Source of the DNA: Carcharhinus amblyrhynchos
Taxonomy: Eukaryota
NCBI GenBank assembly: GCA_965287045.1
Contig: OZ336879.1
Location: forward strand, 32,054,001 to 32,118,000
Length of the DNA: 64,000 nt
Direction: 5' to 3'
The first letter of the stretch is position 1. The number at the start of each line of letters is the position of its first letter. The position numbers and the translations under genes were made by a program. Of the stretch, positions 35,928 through 49,825 are shown piece after piece. The notes beneath the pieces were generated by a model. That model did no database searches. It saw nothing but the letters and a program-made list of their open reading frames with translations, and was not told the origin of the DNA.

Positions 35928-36039
35928 ATAAACCACAAATTCTTTGGTTTAAGCACAAGTCACAGATTCTGGGCCTTTGTTAAGGAAAAGGGGGAATGGC
36001 AGAACCCTTCCCTGAGGCATCTGGCCGAGCTCATTCCAT

Positions 36040-38235
36040 AGTACTAGGTCCAGTATAGCCCTGACTAGAGAAGGGGCTATACTGGATTTAGTATCAGGGA
36101 ATGAGCCTGGCCAGGTCATCAATGTTGCAGTGGGGAACATGGGGCAAACAGTGACCAAAATTCCGTATGTTTTCAGATACTCATGGAAAAGGACAAGTGT
36201 TGTCCTAGAGCTAAGGTGTTAACTTGGGATTTGGCAGGATTTGGAGGCTGTTGTTTGAGACAGGCAGTTTGAAGATAAATTCACATTTGCATGTGAAAGT
36301 CCTTTAAAGGAACAGTTGATCAGAGTGCAGGACAGGCACGTGCCTGAGAAAAGAAAGGGCAGGAAAGGCAGGATTCTGGAATTGTGGATGATCAGGGTAA
36401 TTGCGAGTCTAGTTAAAAAAGATGCACATGTGTGGTCCAGGCAACTAAAAACAGATGGAGCATTTGAAAAATATAGGGAAAGTAGAAAAGAGCTCAAACA
36501 GGAAGTCAGGAGGGCAAAAAGAGTCATAAAATGTCCTTGGCAGCCAGGATTAAGGAGAATCCCAAGTCATTTTATACATAAGTTAGGAACAAAAGGTTAA
36601 TTAGAGAAATAGTTGGTCCAAATAAGGACAAAGGAGGGAAATTATGTATAGAACCAAAGAAAGTGGGTGAGATTCTTAATGAGTACTTTGCATTGGTATT
36701 CACAAAGGAGAGGGACACCTTGTTTGGTGGTGTCTCAGAGGGGTATGTAAACATTAGAACAAGTCATCGTTACGAGGGAAGAGCTGTTAGGTGTATTAGA
36801 AAATATTAAGGTGGACAAATCCCCAGGGGCAGATGGCATCTATCCCAGATTACTGAGGGAGACAAGAGATGAAATTACTGGGCATCTAACAGAAATCTTT
36901 GTTTCTTCGTTGGCCACTGATGAGGTCCCAGAGGATCGCCAATGTTGTCCCGCTATTTAAGAAGAGTAGCAAAGATAACCTGGGTAATTATAGTGAGCTT
37001 GAATGATAGTGGAATTATTGGAGAAGATTCTTCGAGATGGGATCTATACTTGTTTGGAACTGAATGGTCTCATTAGCTACAGACAGAAGGATTTTGTATG
37101 ATAGAGGTCATGCCTCACTAATTTCATGGAGTTTTCTGAGGAGGTGACAAAAATGATTGAAGAGGGAAGGGCTGTGGATATTGTCTACATGGACTTTAGG
37201 AAAGCATTTGCAAGGTCCCTCGTGGCAGGCTGGTGCAAAAGATTAAATCATACGGGATCAGAGGTGAACTAGTAAAACGGATTCAGAACTGGCTTGGCTG
37301 TAGAAGTCAGAGGGCATGGTGGAAGGGTGTTTTTCTGAATGGAGGTCTGTAACTAGTGGTGTTCCACAGGGATCAGTGCTGGAACCTCTGCTGTTTTAAT
37401 ATATATAAATGACTTGGAAGAAAATGAAGCTGGTCTGATTAGCAAGTTTGCGTATAATATGAAGTTTGGTGGAGTTGAGGGTAGTGATGAAGATTGTCAA
37501 AGAATACAGCAGGATATTGAAATGCTGGAAAATTGGGCAGAGAAATGGCAGATGGCATTTAATCCAGACAAATGTGAGGTGATGCAGGTCCACAGATCCT
37601 TAAAAGTGGCAGCACAAGTGGAAAAGGTGGTGAAAAAAGCATATGGTATGCTTGACTTCATCAGACAGGGCATCTGGAATAAAAGTTGGCAAACAGTTAG
37701 ATAAAATGTTGGTTCGGCCACATTTGGAATACTGTGTCCAATTCTGGTCACCACACTACCGAGGGAGGTGGAGGCTTTGGAAAGAGTACAGAAAAGGTTT
37801 ACCAGGGTATTGCATGGTATGGTGGGTATTAGCTCTGAGGAGAGATTGAATAAACTAGGATTGTTCTCCCTGGAAAGACGGAGGCTGAGGGGTGACCTGA
37901 CAGAAGTTTATAAAATTATGAGGCAAATAGATAGGGTGAACATTTGGAAGCTTTTTCCCAGCGCAGAAATGACGATTATGAGGGGGCACAAGTTCAAAGT
38001 AAGGGGGGGAATGGATCAGCGGAGATGTGTGGTGAGGAGTTTTTTTTTACAGAATGGTGAGGGCCCAGAAGGCACTGATAAGTGAGGTGGTTGAGGCAGA
38101 CATTGTTAGCAACATTTAAGACTTGTTTGAATAGACATATGAATAGACAGGGAATAGAGGGATACAGGCGGTTGGCCTAGATAGGACAATGTCATTGTGT
38201 AGGCTTGGAGGGCTGAAGGGCCTGTGCATTGTATC
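36040..38235 (+). mobile_element. CR1 LINE, long decayed ORF2 fragment with 3' end
   Basis: PTREGAILDLV, EILNEYFALVFTKE, KSPGADGIYPRLL, VYMDFRKAF, VPQGSVLEP and RPHLEYCVQFWSP motifs with frameshifts. Confidence 0.9.
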
Positions 38236-38584
38236 ACTTGGATTTTTATAACAATGTAGCATCAGTTATGGTTAGTTTTTGGTGCTAGGCCACAAATTAT
38301 CAGCTTGATTGAATTCATAATCTGCAATGGTTGGATGTAAATTCGCAACCACAGTTTTGCTAGTGGATCCGTGATGTTCTCCCTGTCAGCGTTCTTTTTG
38401 GAGCCTCAATCTGGGATTCTGCCCTTACATGTGTGAGCTCATCAGTAGCAAATCCGAAATAAGATTTATGTTGGAACACATTTTCCATTTCAATGTATTT
38501 ATTCGTACAGATATGTTGCTGTGCCTCACTGGCACTCGAGTTGTAATGCAATCACCACAAAAAGCACAGATTACAGTCACATAC

Positions 38585-38687
38585 CTGCCAGCCATGTAAT
38601 TTACATTGCTGGAGGATGAGGAAACACTTCTCTTCCATAGAAAGCTCCTTTCTGTCCCCCAGTAATATGTCAGCTAGATTTCTGTAT
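38585..38687 (-). CDS. MYO16: Myosin XVI internal exon (end of motor domain/converter)
   Basis: Acceptor tttgtctatgcag|A and donor CAG|gtatgt; 103 nt, phase 2 in and phase 0 out. Encodes (R)YRNLADILLGDRKELSMEEKCFLILQQCKLHGWQ, matching recalled MYO16 RYKPLAD...CRLVLQQCKLQGWQ. Confidence 0.92.
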
Positions 38688-38837
38688 CTGCATAGACAAA
38701 AACAGAAATAATCATTGTAAATTTTGGGAGTTCCCAAATCACTAATAATAACGAGTAGTTAATTCGCCAGCTTAGCAGTTACTTCAACACCTGCGCTCCC
38801 GGGGATAACTCCTGTGCTCCTGCCATGTGACCTTTTT

Positions 38838-39012
38838 CTATAGAGTAGAATCCCTACAGTGCAGAAGGAGGCTATTCAACCCATCAAGTCTGCATTGACC
38901 ACAATTCCACCCAGGCCCTATTCTCGTAACCCCAATATTTACCCTGCTAATCTCTGACACTAGGGTCAATTTAGCATGGTCAATCCACCCAACCTGCACA
39001 TCTTTGGGCTGT
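38838..39012 (-). mobile_element. HE1-type V-SINE 3' half
   Basis: gaatccctacagtgcagaaggaggc...caacctgcacatctttgg. Confidence 0.8.
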
Positions 39013-39019
39013 AGCCATA

Positions 39020-42000
39020 TCATCACGTTTTCACCTGAGCACTCGGTCTTCATCTTCCCCATTTAGTTGAAAGACCCATTGGCATGAGATATGCGCCATA
39101 GAAGCAATATACAGACCGTTGTGAGACATATAAGCCAAACGAGCTAGCGATGCATAACTATTTACATGTACAGTGCGGCATGACAGCTGAAATTCGATAG
39201 CCAGTTCTTAATGTTCTGAGAGTGCAGATGTTGACCTTTGGAGAAACCTATATGTCCACTGGTTTAAGGGGTCTGTGCCATAGACTGGATGACTGAAGTG
39301 CTGTGTCAATGTTGGCGCTGGCTCTGATACCTATAGAACTTGATAGTGGTTGCATACATAGTGGGCACTGTCTGAGGCTATCATGTAACTGTTCAGTTGT
39401 GGGCATGACTGTGTACCACCGTCATCTGGTCATGGCCACATGCAATGAGGATCATTTGACCAGGTATTAGAGGGCCCTTGGTACCTTGATTGTAGTGAAT
39501 CTTCCTTCTCAATCTGTGATGCTTGGGGACATCATTCACTTCGGCTTCATGTTTGGGCTGCAGCAGAGTCCTAGCACTAGGAATTGAGGTCCTGGTGTGC
39601 ATGGAAAAGAGTCATTGTGCTGACGTGGGCAAAACCTATCGTGGTAGGTTAAGCAGGCTGAGGATTGAAGCAGGGCACATTTCTTTAGAAGATGTTTGGC
39701 TGAGTGAACCACTCATTCCACCAGACCCTTTGGCTGTGGATATAGGGGGCTATTTGTAATATGATGGAAGTCCTATATGTGTGCAAAGATTCGAAATTCC
39801 ACAAAGATGAATTGGTGAGCATTGTTTGTCATGAATCTCTGTGGGATGTTATATGTTGCAAAAGCGTCTCTTGAGCTTGATGGTGACTGTGGCATTCATC
39901 ATTGCTGGAATATGAATCAACTAAGGCTAAATGTTGTTTATCATTCCATTCAAAGACATCAGCTGCTGTGAATGACCATGGGTGGTATGGACCTCATATA
40001 AATGTACCAGTTCTTTTGTATGATGTGGCTTGAATGGATTGTACGATGCGCATCTGGGAACTTCCCTTTCCATGTATGCACTGTGATTCTCTGGCTCTGT
40101 ATCTGGCTGCTTTGAATCTGGGGTATCGCTGGTGAAGAGTTGGGTGTGGTACTTCTGAAGGGATGAAGAAGTGCTGGCCACACAGTATTAGTCCACCTTG
40201 TCCTGTTAGTTCCTCTCTGACAAAGAATATGCAGAGCTCGTGGGGAAGCTCCCTTGACGACTCTTGTCAGCCCTTCATGAAGACATCATGCAATCGTCTG
40301 CATGTGATGTTTGCCTGGAAGGCATCTTTGAGTTCCTGAATTTGATGAGAGGACAGTACCTCTATTGTCATGATGTCTATGTCAATGAACTGCCTGGTCT
40401 GCAATGGATAAGAAAACTTTGAAGTGGGCATCAGCCAAGTTCACCTCATTACCATGTTTGTAGATGCTGCAGAGATTGTAACATTGCAGCTTTCGTATCA
40501 TGTACTGCAGTTGTGTAGATACAGTAAAGAGAGGCTTTTTTTTAGATAATTACGAGTGGCTGATGATCCAATTCAACAGCTGTAAGACAACCATGTAAGA
40601 AGGTTCCTTTTCATTCTGTATATGATGAGTCTCAGTTCTGGATGCAGACTGCTGATATAATGTTGTGAAGTTGAGTTTGTGAAGTTGGAATTTGATGTTG
40701 GCAATGCTAAATGAAAAAAAACACTGTGTGAACCCTTTAAAAGCTGGTGTTTTGTTTCAGTGCTTGGAGATTTAAAATGCAAAGTACGTACAGAGTCCAA
40801 GCTGAAACATTTGTATCAAAAAGTCAAGACAAGACAACCTGTTTTTTTTAAATTTACTCAATCAATCAATTTAAAGCAGGCACTCAGCTACCAGCAACAC
40901 CAGACCAATCCTATTGTAGACAAATTGATAGATCATCACAGGTATAAAAGAGAGTGCAAGGGGTTAAAAACAGGAGATACCAACTGCCACCTTTCAAGTC
41001 TCAAGAGAGAGAGAGCAGTTGTCAACTCTACAAACTTCAGATATCTCTTAAGAGAATGCGCCATCTAATTAGAGAAAGGTACCAAATCAGAAAGAACTTT
41101 CAGATAGAGGAATCAGCAGAAGAACTCAAAGTTTTCAAAAGCTACAAAACTTGGTTGAACATTTTAAGAGTGACTGCATTTTGTTTTTTTGATTAATGAA
41201 TGAGTATTGTATTCTTTTGAACAGCATTCCATTAGAATCCTATTTTGTTCGGTATGTTCCTTATTGAGTTAAAGTTCTCTGTTAGTTGAATAAATAAATG
41301 GTGAATTTTTCATTTTAAAGTGAAGGTCAGGTATTTCTGTTAGTTAACCACTAAGTGTTACTGAAGAACAGTTCACACTGTTCCACATACTTTCAACAAA
41401 TTACTTTCTATATACTTTTAACAAAGAGATATTCCTTTTTGGGGGATTTGGCATTACATCTCAAAAGGGGGGACAATCTCTGCATCGTAGCAATAAGTAT
41501 AGGTGCTCAAAAGTCAAAGTAATGTAGCCCTGGAAGGGCTGAAGGTGCTTGTTTGAGTATTTTGAAAACTGCTGTGTGGTGCTCTTGCCAGGACTATTTT
41601 ACGTCCTTTTGGGGAAGTGACAAAGCGGTCCAGTGACCTCAGTATAACACAAGATGAGCTTAGAAAGATACTTTGCCATACCAAGAAAGCACTGTAAGAC
41701 ATGCTTGTTTTACAGAGGCCCTCTGTCATATAGATGTTGTCTTGTATGGGTTGGCTTTACACCAATGGCTGAGAGCAAATGGATCATGTAAGGAACCTGT
41801 TTGACCCTGAATCTGCGTTTCACACTGTTGAGGATGACGCGAAGATGTGCATAGTTTTCTTGCATAGTATGACCCCAGACCAGGATGTCATCGACAATGA
41901 TCTCGCAAGATTGGCTTGCAAACAGTTAATCCATGCACCACTGGAAGACCTAGAGACTGGACAAAGAAAATGTTATTTGCCTATCGAAAACATTAACATG

Positions 42001-43265
42001 GTTAGTTTCGAGGATTACTCATCTAATCAGAATCTGCATTTTGCATTAAGGATCCTGAAAACTTTGGCATTTGGCACGTCTCTTACCACATGTTTCACTG
42101 TCTTCATCAGGTGATGAGGTCTGACCAGCACCTTGTTCAGATTTACTGGGTCAATACATGTTCTGATGGTACCATCTATTTTTATTGCTGCTTCCATTCT
42201 GAAACCCATTCTGTGGCCTTGTCTATGGGAGTTATGACACCTAATGCTGTTATCCAATGCAGCTCATTGACTACTTTCTCTTTCATGGCTATTGGTACTC
42301 TTCTCAGGGTACAAATGTTAGTGGTACCGAATCATCTCGTCTCATGTGATATATTACTGGTAGCGTACCAATGATCTCACAGTTGAAAAGGTTTTTTTTA
42401 TTCTGTCATCTCTGGGGTCTGGTGTTGTAAAGCATACACTTCTGGATAAGGTGAATGAACCCAAGCCGTCCGAAGCTTGAGTAGTGGCCTTACATTCTGA
42501 TCATCTATATGAAACTTGAACGGCCCTCTATGCAGTAGGGCTACACCATTCATGTAGATGATTTGTCTGTCATAAGCCATAAGGGCTATCCTAGTGCTGG
42601 GGTTTGATGCTGTATATGGGTCTAGCTTCTGTAACATTTGGCTGGACACTACATTATGCTTTGCTCTAGTGTCAATCTTTATCGTCAGTTTTGCAAATTA
42701 AGTCGTAGGTGGTGAAGATCTCACCCTTTTTCTGTGAAAATGTTGACACCTCCGCAAGAGCATTGTTGGAAGCTCTATAGCTTTGCTGTTTTGGCTAAGC
42801 TCCACTTCATTCACCTTATGGATGCTTCTACCCATGTAGGAACAACCAGCTGCCATGTTGCTGATGGCAGGGAAGAGATGCTGTCCTTTCGATCTGCAGC
42901 ACTCTGCAATGGCCAGCACCCTCCGAACAGAACTGTTTGGAGGGTGGCTGGCCATTGCAGTTGGAGCAGAGTGCATCCTGCATTATGCATATTTCCATTG
43001 CCTGCCTAAAATCTCTGCTTTTTTTTTCTGATTGTCTGTTTAACATATAGATACCAATGGCTATTTGTAATATTAGATTTTTTCTCACAGCGACTTCTTG
43101 CAGACTAAATCACTATGGATTCCACAAAATATGCAATCCCTGATTAGTTCATTAGTGAGAGTTCCAAATGCACATTTCTTTGCCAACATTTTCGGGAGCT
43201 GAGACGTTCTCTCCACAGCAGACTGTGAAATTTACATCCTCAGAAACTCACGTACTGAACTTGAA
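39020..43265 (-). mobile_element. Decayed Gypsy LTR retrotransposon (same orientation as MYO16)
   Basis: Minus strand: Zn-knuckle CSNCNGQ (~42950), protease KIDTRAKHNV (~42670), RT KIDGTIRTCIDPVNLNKVLVRPHHLMKTV (42027-42257), RNase H DHQPLV..KLQCYNL..LADA (~40430-40570) and integrase remnants. Confidence 0.85.
40661..41492 (+). mobile_element. Solo LTR nested in the Gypsy relic
   Basis: TGTTG...TAGCA termini, 4-bp TSD ATAA on both sides and AATAAA near 41289; pol sequence resumes on either side. Confidence 0.75.
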
Positions 43266-43607
43266 TTTCCACGAAATGGACTTAAGGCAGATGATCAGCC
43301 ATGATCTAACTGAATAGCAGAACAGGCTCAATGGGCCAATTGTAAGATTGAAGTGTGTTTGAGTTTGAAGGTGTTTATGTTTTTTGAAATCTTATAATGA
43401 AATTCTAACCTTATTGAATTTTAATTGTGTGTTATATAAGTGTTGTGAAACCTTGCTTTATATAAAACAACAGTGAATCTACTGGCTGGAAACCCCTAAC
43501 TGATCAAGAGAAAGACTAAAGCCACATTCCTGTAATTTAGGGTCATAGTCAAGGGTGGCTGCACATATGCATCATTATACCTTCTATCAATGAAAAACCA
43601 ATGAAAT

Positions 43608-44335
43608 GGGGGCAATTCTCAGCTTGCATCAACCATCAGGGAGAATGACGAGACTGGCGCAAAATATAGCGAGAGTTGGGAAATGCAATACTTGCTGGTG
43701 AGATTACATTTCCCAATTTCCACGCCCCTCACCAGCAACGTAACGTGAATCCTGTCATGGAAGGTCAGCAACCTCATTTAAATACATCAACATATCATTA
43801 GCAAGGCTTCCTGCTGGGATTTCCCCCTCACTGAATATTCATTTCATATAATAACCGAATAAAAACGAGAACCTAGCGACCTCCCTCCAAAGCAGATATT
43901 GCAGGCGATCACCCAAATCACCATCACCCTCCAGGGTGCCAATTGCAGAGCTGGCACTGGAGAGGATGTGCGAGATCCAAAGAAGTGACACTGAGAACCA
44001 ATGGGGAGAGGAGTGGGTCGCTGGGGAATGGGGTCGCTTGCAGGCCTAGGCAGTCCTTCATGGCTGTGAGCCTCTAGGTTCAAAGGGGTCTGAAGGCTGG
44101 GTTGCAGGCAGTGCTTCCTCTGTCTTCCTTGCTGGGCTTGTGGTGATATCACCGCAGAGGGATTGTCCTTCCAGAGTGGCAGCTGGAAAGTGGGTGGGAG
44201 CAGGTGAATTCACAGGGTTAGCTCAGGGGGTGACTGTGAGGGCCCTGGATGAGGTCCCATGAGATGCCAGGCTCTATTGGCAGAGACTCTCTCAAGGGGT
44301 GGTCCCCAGCCTCATGAGGGTTAATATCGTGAGGT
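43608..44335. mobile_element. Decayed Harbinger-like non-autonomous element (one end)
   Basis: gggggcaattctc terminus, ctcatttaaatac..catatcatta core and a GC-rich interior. Confidence 0.45.
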
Positions 44336-44900
44336 ATTTTATAAATACATTAAAGAGAAGAGATAACTAGGGAAAAAAATAGGACCCATTAGGGACAAAG
44401 AGGACAATCTGTGCATTAAGCCACAGGATATTGGAAGGGGGTTAAATGAATACTTCGCTTTGTCTTCACTCAGGAAAAGAAGAACGTAGGTTTGAATTCA
44501 GGAAGAGAGACTGTTAAGAACTTGCACAGTTTGACATAAGAAATGGAAAGGTATTGGAAGTTAAAATGGGCTTAAAAATGGACAAATTCGCAGGTCTAGA
44601 TGAATTGCATCCCAGGCTGTTATGGGTGGTGAGGTAGGAAATTGTAGAAGCTCTGACACAAATTTTTAATTCCTCTCTATCCACTGGCAAAGTATCAGAG
44701 GACTGGAAGATGGCTAATGTGGTTCCAATTTTCAATGATAGGGAAATGATAGGGACAGTCTGAAGGAGAGGATTAGTATCCACTTGGAAAGGCATGGGTT
44801 AATTAGGGATAGTCAGCATGGCTATGGAGAGGTCATGCCTAATAAATTTGTTAGAATTTTTCTAAAATGTGACCAAGTGTGTGGATGAGGGAAGTTCAGT

Positions 44901-45219
44901 TCATAGAATCATAGAATCCCTTCAGTGTAAAAGGAGGCCATTCAGCCCATCGAGTCTGTACCGACACCAATTCCACGCAGGCCCTATCTCCACTTAGTTA
45001 CCCCGCTGGTCCCTCTAACGTCCTGGGACACTAAGGGTTAATTTAGCATGTCCAATCAATCTAACCTGCACATTTTTGGACTGTGGGAGGAAACCGGAGC
45101 ACCTGGAGGAAACCCACGCAAACAAAAGGAGAATGTGCAAACTCCATTCAGACAGTGACCCAACCTGGGTCCCTGGAGGTGTGAGGCAGCAGTGCAAACC
45201 ACTGTGCCAACATGCTGTC
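44901..45219 (-). mobile_element. HE1-type V-SINE
   Basis: tcatagaatcatagaatccc tail through gcagcagtgcaaaccactgtgcc head. Confidence 0.85.
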
Positions 45220-46828
45220 CGTAATCCGTAATGAGCGTGTTGATGTAGTTTATATGGATTTTAGCAAAGCTTTTGACAAGGTCCCACATGGGACGCTGAT
45301 TGAGAAGGTTATAGCAAATGGAATTCAGGGGAATTGGTGAGATGGATCAGAAACTGGCTTAGTAATAGGGCACAAAGTGATTCGATGCTGGTGCCCAGCG
45401 TATACCGCAAGGCTCAGTACTTGGATCCTTAGCGTTTTAAAAACATAAACAATATAGGCGAAATGTGGTTAATAGTGAAGAAGATTGGTGTAGATTACAG
45501 GAAGATATAGATACGTTGGTCAGATGGGCAGAACGGATGGAATTAACCTTGATAAGTGTGAAGTGATGCACATTGGAAGAAGAAATAAGAGAAGGAAGTA
45601 TTTAATGAACAGCAAGACACTGGGACGCTCAGAGGAACAAAAGGGTAATTATTCACAGATCAATGAAGATGGCAAAGCACGTGAATAGCATAGTTAAGAC
45701 ACTTGCTTTCATCAATTGTGGTACAAGAGCAAGGAGGTAATATCGGAGTTGTACACTGTTGGCTATGCATAGCTGGAGTTGTATGTGAAGTTCTGGTAAC
45801 CTCAGTATTGGAAGGAGATGATTGCAATAGAGTGAGTACAGAGGAAGTTCACTGGGATGTTGCCTGAGATGGAGCATTAGCTATAAGGAGGAACATAGGA
45901 ATTAGGAGTGAGAGTAGGCAATTCAGCCTTTCAAGCCTGCTCCGCCATTCTATATGATTATGGCTGATCGCCATCTCATCCTAACACCACTTCCTTGCCT
46001 TTTCTCATAGCTCCTTATCCCACCTTTGATCAAATATATATCTATCTCTTCCTTGAATTCAGTGTTTGATTCTGCACCTGCTGCACTGGGGGGCTGCAAG
46101 TTCCACAGATTTAAAATCCTCAGTGAGGATCTCCTCACCTCTGTCTTGAACCTCCCCTCTCTTACTGTACAGCTATGACCTTTTGTCCTAGACTGTTCTA
46201 AAAGGAGAACATGTGGTTAACGTTTACTTTATCAATCCCATTGAGTATTTCAGATAACTCAGTCCTCATTCTTCTGTACTCCAAATACAAACCCACTCCT
46301 TATATGACAGCCCCTTCAAACCTGGAATCAAGCTAGTGAATCTTTTCTGAACCACCTCCAGTGCCACTACATCCTTCCTCAAAGGTGACCAAAACTGAAC
46401 ATTGGTGGTTCTTAACAAATGCCTTATACAATTGTAACAACGCTTCTGTATTTTTATACTCTAGACTGGATAGATTTGGATTGTGTTCTTTAGAGCAGAG
46501 AAATCTAAGGGGAGGACATGATTGAGGTGTATAAGATTGTGAGGGATATGGACAGGGTGAGTATGGAGCAGCTGTTCTCCTTGATTGAGGGATCAATCAC
46601 AAGGGGATGTAATTTTAGGGTAAGGGACAGGAGGTTCAGAGGAGATTTGAGAAAAAATGTCTTCCCTTAGAGGTTGTGGGAATGCACTGCCTGGGAAGGT
46701 AGCGGAAATCTTACAATCTTTAAAAAATGAGCACTTAAAATACTATTAGGACATGAACAAGTGCAGGAAAATGGGATGATCCTTTCCTGATGACTCCATT
46801 GTGCATTTAGTGGTAAATATTATCCATG

Positions 46829-46902
46829 ATGTGGATGCTTGCGAGTTTACTATCAAATAAATCGGTTGGACTTAAACCTGGTGCTGTCAGATTTCTTACT
46901 TA
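46829..46902 (+). mobile_element. Very short Penelope-like remnant with TSD
   Basis: tatcaaataaatcggttggacttaaacctggtgctgtcaga matches the 26838-26895 arm; flanked by direct repeat AAATATTATCCATG (46815-46828 and 46903-46916). Confidence 0.65.
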
Positions 46903-46961
46903 AAATATTATCCATGCAGACTTGATAGGCCAAAAAGCCTTTTCTGCACTTTATGACTCTA

Positions 46962-47076
46962 TGGACGGGTTTTTATTGCGTCAGTCGTTCCGAAACCGTA
47001 AAATCTTGCCCGAGGCCAACAGACCTTCCCCTTGTCTTGCCTGCTCCAATTCCCATGGGGTGGTAAAATTTTGGCC
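46962..47076. mobile_element. Short Harbinger-like MITE
   Basis: ggacgggttttatt...gtaaaatcttgcccgaggcca...ggtaaaattttggcc; same layout as 31638-31749; inserted in a LINE tail. Confidence 0.45.
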
Positions 47077-47477
47077 TATGACTCTGAAGACTCACATACA
47101 AGAGGAAAGACGAGTGCAGTTGGAATGAAACTTCACACTCAGGCAGTTTTCAGCCTGAGGACATAAGCTGTCTGGATGTACAAGAACACTGTTTATGGAA
47201 GCCGGGTTGTCAGGAATTAGTGTGTGGGTATTTGGCTGTTCAAGTGGAAGGCTCATTTAATCTGTAGCGCATGAGGCTTGGGAAATGAAGGTGCCCGCCA
47301 AGGATGGAGTTGTCATACTATGTGCAGTCTTCACATGTATCAACTATGCTTCGGCTGCCACAAGGGGAACCAGTTGCCTAATCAGCTCCCTGACCTTGTC
47401 CTGATGACTCAATCGTGCCAATTTAGTCAGTATTGCAATGCATGAGTGTGTCACTGATTGACGCCCTTTCCCTGAGG

Positions 47478-47860
47478 CTTTCCTTGGAAAGATGGAGAAT
47501 GAGGAGAGACCTAATAGAGATGTACAAAATTATGAAGGGTATAGATAGGGTGAATAGTGGGAAGCAAGTTGGAGGTGACGATCACGAGGGGTCACGGGCT
47601 CAAGGTGAGAGGGGCAAGGTATACCTCAGATATCAGAGGGACGTTTTTTACGCAGAGGGTGGTGGGGGCCTGGAATGCACTGCCAAGTAGGGTGGTGGAG
47701 GCAGACACGCTGGGATTGTTTAAGACTTACCTGGATATTCACATGAGCAGACTGGGAATGGAGGGATACAAACGAATGGTCGAGTTGGACCAATGAGCGG
47801 CACAGGCTTGGAGGGCCGAAGGGCCTGTTTCCTGTGCTGTACTGTTATTCATTCTTTGTT
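47478..47860 (+). mobile_element. CR1 LINE 3' end
   Basis: SLERWRMRRDLIEMYKIMKG and TRGHGLKVRG..FFTQRVVGAWNALP. Confidence 0.85.
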
Positions 47861-49825
47861 CATATCTACACAACAGAGAGGTGACACAGATGTGGCCCCA
47901 ATGCAAGGCATTATGGCGAAGACGCTTATCAGGGCATGACAGGTGGCAGTTCCTTGTTTTCCCATGAGATTAGAGCACAGCTCCATTGAATGCACTCAAC
48001 TGACCTCATTCTCACCCTTGGGAGAGTTACACTGCTCATTGAGTGATTTGAAAGCCTCATTCAGGTGGAGTTAAGTAGAGTGACTGTGGGGAAGTGGCTA
48101 CTGCGTGATAGGGAAGGAAGAGAGGCTCATTGGAAAGGTGCTCACATAGGGAGGGTGGATGGGTGAATGCCCCAAATGCTGAGAGGGCTATGGGTCAAAG
48201 CCATTGTTAGGACACCTCACCATTCACTTTGATGTTCTCTTCTTTTCAGCTTTTGTTTCGGGAGAATCATGTAGCCTGTTGAGTTAATAATTCTCTTGAT
48301 TGTCAATGAGCAGCAGTAGCAACATTGATGTGTCACTGCACACAGCCAGGACCAATGCACTGCAAAGGAGGGGGAGACAGGGCTCACTAATCTTCTGGAA
48401 ACAGGGTGAGATCCTTAACGAGTACTTTGTATTGATATTCACCAAGAAGAAGGACATGATAGATGTTGAGGTCAGGAATAGGTGTATGAAAGCTCTAGAG
48501 AATGTCAATATATCGAAGGAGGAAGTGTTGGGTATCCTAAGTTGCATTATGGCAGACAAATCCCCAGAGCCATATGGAATCTATCGCAGGTTGCTACGGG
48601 AGGCAAGGGGAGAACAAGTTGGGGCCTGAACAGATATCTCCACATCCTCATTGAGGACAGGTGAGGTTCCAGAGGACTGGAGAATAGCCAGTGTTGTTCC
48701 CTTCTTTCAGAAAGGAAGCAGGGATAATCCAGGAAATTATAGGCCAGTGAGCCGAATGTCAGTAGTGAGGAAGCTTTTGGAGGAGATACTGAGGGACAGG
48801 ATTTAAGCACGTTTGGAAGAAAATGGACTAGTTAGTGACAGGCAGCATAGTTTTGTATGGGAAAGGTCCAGCTTGATTGAGTTTTTTGAAGGGGTAACAA
48901 AAATAATTGATGAGGGAAAGGAATAGTGGATATAGTTGATATGGACTTTAGTAAGGCATTTGACAAGGTCCCACAGGACAGACTGGTACAAAAACTAAAA
49001 TCACATGAGATTTGGGGTGGGCTAGCTAGATGGATACAGAATGGGCTTGGTTTAAGAAGACAAAGTGTCAGTAGAAGGGTGTTTTTCAGAATGGAGAACT
49101 ATAGCTAGTGGTGTTCTGCAGGGATCAGTGCAGGGACCTCTGTTGTTTGTAGTATATATAAATGATTTGGAGGAAAATGTGGGTGCTTTGATTAAGTTTG
49201 CAATGACACGAAAATTGATAGACTTGCTGAGAGTGCTGGGAATTATCAGACAATACAACAGAATAGATAGATTGGAGACTTGGGCACAGAAATGCAGATG
49301 GAGTTTAATCTGGATAAATGCGAGGTGATGCATTTTGGAAGTTCAAGTTTGGGTGTGAATTTTGCTGTAAATGGCAGAACCCTTAGGAACATTAAGATAC
49401 AAAGGGATCTGCGTATGCAGGTTCACAGTTCCCCAAAAGTGGCAACGCGGGTGCCAAGGTGATTAAGAAAACATATGACATGCTTACCTTCATCAGCAGA
49501 GTCACTGAATACAAGAGTTGGGAAATCACTTTGCAGCTATATCAAACCTTGGTTAGGCTGCATTTGGAGTACTGCAAAACCTTCTGCCCCCACTCTGTGC
49601 GTATTCCTCTATTCCCTATTCATGTATCCATCCAAATTCCTCTTAAATCTTGCTAATGTCTCTCCTTCCAGCATCACCTCTGGCAGCATGTTCCAGGCAC
49701 TCACCACCTCCACATGAAAAACTTCTCCTGCACATCTCCCTTAAACTTTCCCCTTCTCAGCTTGAATTGTGCCCCCTTATAATTGACACTTCCACCCTTG
49801 AAAATAACCTCGATCTTAGTTTCAA

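Larger units (their letters stand above)
44336..46960 (+). mobile_element. Decayed CR1 LINE with nested SINE (44901-45219), inverted CR1 (45893-46462) and Penelope remnant
   Basis: IGPIRDKEDNLC, EDWKMANVVPIF, VYMDFSKAFDKVPHG and LGLCSLEQRNLRG-like motifs across the interruptions. Confidence 0.8.
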
